64,000 nt of DNA. Source: Paramecium tetraurelia (Eukaryota). Under the pieces are notes generated by a model. The model searched no databases, was not told the DNA's origin, and saw only the letters and a program-made list of their open reading frames with translations. Positions 57,617-64,000 of the stretch are shown piece by piece. Location: contig CT868674.1 of the NCBI GenBank assembly GCA_000165425.1, positions 124,001 through 188,000 of the forward strand, written 5' to 3'. Both the position numbers and the translations under genes were made by a program. Each line of letters opens with the position of its first letter. Position 1 is the stretch's first letter.

Positions 57617-59736
57617 ATGTCAACGAAATTAAGAGATTTGATTAGGAATATTAGAGCATGTAAAACAGCGGCAGAAGAGAGAGCATTAATAAAGAAGGAA
57701 CAAGCATTGATAAGGGAATCCTTTATAGCAAATGAATCAGAGTACAGACCCAGGAATGTGGCGAAGTTGCTATTCATCTCCATGTTGGGTTATGAGACTG
57801 ACTTCGCTTAGATGGAGTGTTTGCATTTGATAACAGCCAATACTTATAATGAGAAGAGAATAGGTTATTTGGCTTTGACTCAATTATTTAATGAGAAAAG
57901 TGAAGTCTTAATGATGGCCACAAATCGAATAAGAATAGATTTAAATAATCCATCAAATTATATAGTGTCATTGGCATTGATGGCCCTGAGCGAAGTATGC
58001 ACAAGTGAGATGTGTAGATCATTGTCAGGAGAGGTATTGAAATTATTGCAGAATGGCACAGCCTATATAAAAAAAAAGGCAGCTTTAGCAAGTACTAGAA
58101 TAGTGACACGTGTCCCAGAAAAAATTGATGAGTTTTCATAAAAAGTTGAACTCTTATTAGATGATAGACACCATGGAGTATTGGTAGCCTCATTGCAATT
58201 GGCATAACATATATTATAAATACAACCTGATCAAAAACAAAGATTTTAAAAATTTGTATAACCAATGGTTAGAATATTCAAATCCATTTATTCAACCTAT
58301 TCTGCAGAATATGATATCGGTGGAGTATCAGATCCATTTTTATAAATTGAGATTCTCAAATATTTTAGAATCATGTGTTAAGGAAATGTTCAATTATCAG
58401 GAGAAGTCTCAGATATCCTTACTCCAGTTGCAGCCAACACAAACAATAATAAGAATTCAGGAAATGCTGTTTTGTATGAATGTGTAAAGACTATTTTTGC
58501 AATTGAATCCTCAAATACACTTAAAACTTTGGGTATCAATATTTTGGGTAAGTTTTTGTAGAATAAGGATGCAAACAGTAAATATATCTCACTATTTATG
58601 TTGTAGAAAGTATTGAAACACGATCTCTAGGCTGTTCAAAAACATAAATAAACTATTTTGGAATGTTTGAAGGAAAATGATAATTCAATCAAAACCTTAG
58701 CATTGGATCTATTGTATGTGATTACTAATGAAACTAATGTGAAAGGCATTGTCAAAGAATTATTAAATGTTTTACTTAGTCTAACCGAAGAGGACGCTGA
58801 TTTTACTAAAGAATTAACTAATAAAATATGTCAAATTGTTGAAAAATATGCTCCTTCAAGAAGATGGTATATTGATACATTTATTAAAATCTTGATTTTG
58901 GCTGGAAATTACGTTGAAGAGGAGTCAAGTTCATCTTTGATCCATCTAATTATAGGTACACCTGAATTGTAGAGTTATGCTATTCATAAATTGTTTTTCT
59001 CCTTATAAGAAAATCTAAATCAAGAGGGATTAGCAAGAACCACTGCATATTGTATAGGAGACTTCGGTCATCTGTTATTGAAAGGAGATGCAACAGCTAT
59101 TGATAACACTCCCATTTAAATAACTGAAGAAGAAATTCTAGATCTACTCACTAAATTGTTGGAGAAACCAAATCAAAAGAATGTTATTAAAGAATATGTG
59201 TTATCTGCTTTGATTAAATTGTATCCTAAGATAAACAAGTTTTAACCTTAAATAGCAAAATTAATATAATCTTAAATCAATTCAACATCCATTGAAGTCT
59301 CTAAAAGAGCTTAAGAATATTATGGCTTATTAGATGTTCAATGGGATCAACACAGGGCTGGTATCTGCGAATAAATACCACCTAGTGATACCCATAAAGC
59401 TATCTATGAAAATAAACCTATAGGTGATGTTGAATATGATGAATATCCACCTGCTAAAACAGAACTAGAATAAGCTAAACCTGCTACTAATAATAATGAC
59501 TCTACAAAATTATATGGTTTTGATATTGATAATCTTATAGGAAATCAAGATTAAGCTTAATAGAAGCCACAATAATAGCCATAACTTACAACTTAATTGC
59601 CTGGTAATTTATTTGATCCATTTGACATTACACTTAACCTATCTGGAACTCAACCATAAACATAACCTGTTTAATAAAATTATCTTCAATTTCCTGCATA
59701 AGGTGAATTTACATATAGTAATCCTTAATCATTCTC

Positions 59737-59785
<49 letters not shown>

Positions 59786-59863
59786 TAACCATAACCTATA
59801 AATCCATTATAAAATTTATATAATTAAAATAACAACCCATATTAATAGTAACAATTCCCCTTC

Positions 59864-59896
<33 letters not shown>

Positions 59897-60485
59897 TAAC
59901 AATTCTAACAATAATAACCATAACCATTAGTTAATTTACCTGGTGATATTTTTGAACTAAATCTCTAACCACCACAACAAAAGCCAATACCATAAACCAT
60001 ACAACCATAAAATTAATAATTTATCTAACCACCAACATAACAATAAATTATATAACCACAATTGGCTGAATAAAAGTCCTTAACACAACAAGCCATAGCT
60101 TTTGATGACGGTGCTTTACAAATAGAATTTAGAGCAGTTAAAGTAATGAGATTGTATTTATGTTTTAGGAAACTCCAGATCAAACTAACATAACAGCCTA
60201 TTTCAACAATAAAACAGCCAGTCCAATCACAGAATTACAACTCTCCTTTGCAGTATTAAAATATATGAAATTATAACTAACTCAGCCAACTTCTTCAACA
60301 ATTAATGGCAATAGCACTGGATTAGTGATATCGGTAATTGAGCATATTTATGTTAGACTCTAAGAATCACAAACTCAAATCAAGGACAGAAGGGAATTGT
60401 AATGAAAATCAAGGTTTCTTACAAGATCAATGGTTTAATCATAGACAAGGAAGTCACATTTAATAAATTCCCCCAAGATTATTGA
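57617..60485 (+). CDS. AP1G1: AP-1 adaptor complex gamma subunit (gamma-adaptin)
   Basis: [55 protein letters not shown], a polyQ hinge, and an ear domain containing two introns. Confidence 0.95.
59738..59902 (+). repeat. (TAA)n trinucleotide tracts encoding polyglutamine
   Basis: (TAA)15 at 59738-59782 and (TAA)10 at 59864-59893, both in frame with the gamma-adaptin ATG at 57617. Confidence 0.92.
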
Positions 60486-60565
60486 AATATAATGAAATAT
60501 CAATATCAATTATTGTCTGTTTATTAAGGAATGAGATTAATCATTTTTAATATATTTTAAAACAT

Positions 60566-61668
60566 ATGTTATTTAGACAGAAGGAAAGAGTACCAGATGT
60601 TGGCAAAGACAATTTCAGGGAGTTTATGAGAAGAGAGGATGATTCCTGTGCAAATACATAGAATATTCTGCCGAATTTCATGAACAGCACAATTCAAGCT
60701 TAGACAAAGCAATCGTAAATATTGTGAAACTTATCAAGTCAAACACCGTCAGCATTGGATGGATCTATTAAGATGCTAGGAAACACTTGGGATGCATAAC
60801 ATCTAGGCAAGTTCTTGCAACATAGTCAATTTGCTTAACTAGGTGCTCGAACTATGAAATCAGGAGATACGCCATAAAACATGACTCTTAAAAATTAGAG
60901 CTTTTATTTCAGAAGTCAATAGCCTAGATTGATCGAAGATAACATAGATTATTTGCATTAACATCCCATCAATCATATGATAACTTAGCATCCACTTCAA
61001 TCGACTAGTTAATCATTCTTAAAAACAAAACTATTGTAGATCCCAGAAAAACATTTTGATGAAGTCAAAATTAATTATTAAACTTAAGCGGAACTCAAGA
61101 AACCTGGAGAATATCGTAAGGATTTGTAAGAAGCTAAATAAAATTAAGTCAAATACCATTAATGGAGATCTCAATTTTAGGATGTCAATAAAGCCTATAA
61201 GAAAGCTAAATTAGGTTTCAAATCAGGGTTGTTTGCCTTAGATAATCCAACAAATGAATAAACCGAATTGTATCGAGAAGAATATGATAAACTCAAGAAA
61301 TAGGAGGAGCACAAGACTACTCAACATTTCAAGCGATTTAAGTGTAAAATAGTCATATTACAAATTTAGCACTTGAAAGATTTAATTGCAGCAATCCATC
61401 AATTGAATTCGACAATGTTAAACATGTTCAAAATAGGCCCAATCCAGAGGATCCTATATTGCATTAAGGATAGTTCCCTGTTAAGAATTTCGAGATGCAT
61501 AATGATTGGATGAAGAAAAGAGCAGCAAATTCAAATGTAAATACTCAGAATAGGATTTTTGGAAAGACAGATAATGATCGAAAAGTCAATTCATATAGAG
61601 CTTAATACTTGAAGGATTAAGAAATGAGAGGCAGAGAATACAATGCCATTACATTAGTGAAGGAATGA
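60566..61668 (+). CDS. Hypothetical protein
   Basis: MLFRQKERVPDVGK... to ...RGREYNAITLVKE-TGA, with short introns. Confidence 0.7.
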
Positions 61669-61689
61669 TAAAATTTTAATTTATTTTAA

Positions 61690-62943
61690 ATGTTAACAGA
61701 TTGTGATTTTTATAGCAAACAAAGTATAACTGAATTATAAGCTTAATTGGCTCATAAGTAAAAGAAGATTCAGATCTTAAAATAAGAAAAGAATTCTATG
61801 CTGAACAGAATAGATGAATTGAATTAAAAAGTTCATGATTAGGCAGAAGAATTCAAAAAGTATAGATTGAAATTCAGAGGTCTAGAAAAGTAACACTCTC
61901 ATGTATATACAAATTCTCATTATCTTAGTTAAAGAATCAGAATGAAAATTTAAAGAAAGACTAAAGTATGAACAATGAAACTATAACCTTGTTTTAAAAA
62001 GGATTCAAAAGAGATGAATTCAAAAAGCATGAAAGAACAGTAGCTTAGTTGCAAAATGATATTATTAAATTGTCTAATGCTTTGGAAGAGCATAAAATAG
62101 TTAGAGAATCCAATTGCGAAGAAATTACAAGATAATTAATTTATATCTAAGAATTGGAAAGCCAACTAAATACATATAAATCATTGAATGAAGATGATTA
62201 GTTAAAATACAATAATCAATAACTTTATTAAACTATTGAAGATCTTAATTATTAATTGTAGTCATCAATTTAATAGAAAGATGAAGATAATTAACATTAA
62301 TTATAAGAATTATAATAATTAGCTGATATTGCTAAATTAGAAAACAAAGAACTCACATTAAAGATAGCGCAACAAGAAAAGTTGTATTAGATGCAAATAT
62401 AAAAAATAATTAAGCTTTGTGAATCAGTATATGATGAATTGTCTAATAAAATATCCAACAAATAAGAAGTTAATGATATCTTATAAAAATTGGTTATGTC
62501 CAAAAAAGACTTTGATTTGGATCTTCTTAAGTAATCCTATTTATATAAATTATAGAATTGAATCTGAAATCAATAGCTAAACTTGTGAAGAATTATAGAA
62601 TAAAGTTGAGAATTTATCGAGTGAAAATTAAAATATTAAATAAAAATTTTAAGCAACTTCTACAAATAAAGAAGCTCTATAAATGAGAGAAAAAGATTTA
62701 GTTCATCAAATTGATAAATTGCAATAATAAGTTGAACGATAAAAAGAATTGAACTAGATGAGATAAAAGACAATGTCAGAATAAATATCAGCTTTATAGA
62801 GAACTAATAAGCAATTAAACTAGGATTTGGATAAAATAACTAAAGAAGTTCAAGATTTGAGGGAAGAAAAGGTTATCTTACAGTAGACAATACAAAGATA
62901 AGAGAAAAAAATACAAACACTAAGTTTATCTAAATATAAATGA
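61690..62943 (+). CDS. Coiled-coil hypothetical protein
   Basis: MLTDCDFYSKQSITELQAQL... in E/Q/K/L-rich frames ending ...LSLSKYK-TGA. Confidence 0.7.
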
Positions 62944-63415
62944 TAATTGTTTCTTTAATTAAATTTGATTATAATTAACAGCAAAATGCTAATTTTTATA
63001 TCTACAATCCCATTTATTAGCTCAATTTATAATACATAATTTAGGTTCCATTTTATCGAAATAAAATATTAATATTTTACATTTTTTATTGTTTCTAGAA
63101 ATTCTTGCATTCCTTTTTTTTGAAGAATTCTTTAATCTAATTAATCGAAACATTTAGCCGATTGATTAAGTAATAGAAATTTAGAAAAAAATAAAGGCTA
63201 AATAGTAAAGTATATTTTATTTATAATATTTGGTAATATTACTATATATGAATATCATGATATATCATTACTGAAAAATGATGATATTTTCTATTTTTTA
63301 ATTTATATTTTGATAAATTAATTGGGTTTATTAAATAGAATACTATTTATTAAAATTAAAAATAATTAATTTATATAAGGTTTAAAAATAAAATAAGAAA
63401 ATTAATTTTTCTTAA

Positions 63416-63461
63416 TTCTGGAAAATTCTGTTTTCGAGAATTAATAAATTCCAGAAAATTA
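63416..63461. promoter_or_regulatory. Heat-shock element (inverted nGAAn) cluster upstream of HSP70
   Basis: TTCtgGAAaaTTC (63416-63428), TTCgaGAA (63433-63440) and TTCcaGAA (63449-63456), about 85-125 bp before the HSP70 ATG. Confidence 0.7.
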
Positions 63462-63540
63462 CAAGTTAGGTTCTTTAAAGCAGGCAATTGAGATGAATGA
63501 TTTATTTAATTAATAAAAAACAAGTAAGCTTTTAAAAACA

Positions 63541-64000
63541 ATGTCAAAGTCAAACGAAACAGCAATTGGAATAGATTTAGGAACAACATATTCTTGTGTT
63601 GGTGTATTTATCAATGATAAAGTGGAAATCATAGCAAATGATCAAGGAAACAGAACAACTCCTTCATATGTAGCCTTTACAGAGAATGAAAGATTGATTG
63701 GTGATGCTGCAAAGAATTAAGTAGCTAGAAATCCTCAAAATACAGTATTTGATGCAAAGAGACTTATTGGAAGAAAGTTCAATGATCCAACAGTTTAGAA
63801 GGATATTAAATTATGGCCATTTAAGGTAGAAGCTGGTGCAGATGATAAACCATTGATAGTTGTTAAGTTCAAGGGAGAAACTAAGAAATTCCATCCAGAA
63901 GAAATTTCCTCAATGGTTCTAACAAAAATGAAGGAGATTGCAGAAGCATATCTTGGAAAATCAGTTAAGAATGCAGTTATTACAGTACCAGCATATTTCA
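63541..64000 (+). CDS. HSP70: Cytosolic HSP70, 3' truncated by window edge
   Basis: [21 protein letters not shown]...[17 protein letters not shown]...[14 protein letters not shown]...AVITVPAYF. No signal or transit peptide. Confidence 0.97.

Noticed and set aside
57617..58972. Apparently split or pseudogenised gamma-adaptin (several short ORFs)
   Set aside because: All breaks are TAA/TAG Gln codons and the frame is continuous.
59613..59801. Poly-Asn ORF in the supplied track
   Set aside because: Wrong frame of the (TAA)n tract, which is in frame as Gln within gamma-adaptin.

Overview
AT-rich, extremely gene-dense eukaryotic DNA that reads as a ciliate macronuclear chromosome, most likely Paramecium. 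This is inferred from three things: TAA/TAG must be read as Gln with TGA the only stop, GT..AG introns are only about 20-30 nt, and intergenic gaps are often under 100 bp. The supplied standard-code ORF track is therefore fragmented and largely misleading. Translating by hand with the ciliate code gives about 35 genes. Recognisable ones are a 2OG-Fe(II) oxygenase (partial), PA200/Blm10, an Arc1p/AIMP1-type tRNA-binding protein, four Ser/Thr-type kinases, Yae1-like, START-domain, Vac14, FMC1-like LYR, LRR-ankyrin, two tandem TTLLs, kinesin, sulfide:quinone oxidoreductase, TPR, phosphonopyruvate decarboxylase, a CNBD K+ channel, a hybrid histidine kinase, RNA 3'-phosphate cyclase, a Ubc7/Cdc34-type E2, AP-1 gamma-adaptin and cytosolic HSP70 (partial). 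There are also probable pseudogenes. The most striking observation is an uninterrupted ORF (51340-52548, minus) fusing a membrane-anchored SDR that lacks the catalytic Lys to an intact potato-inhibitor-I (CI-2/eglin c type) protease inhibitor domain. All calls come from manual translation and motif recognition. No database search was run, and some start codons and intron boundaries are approximate.
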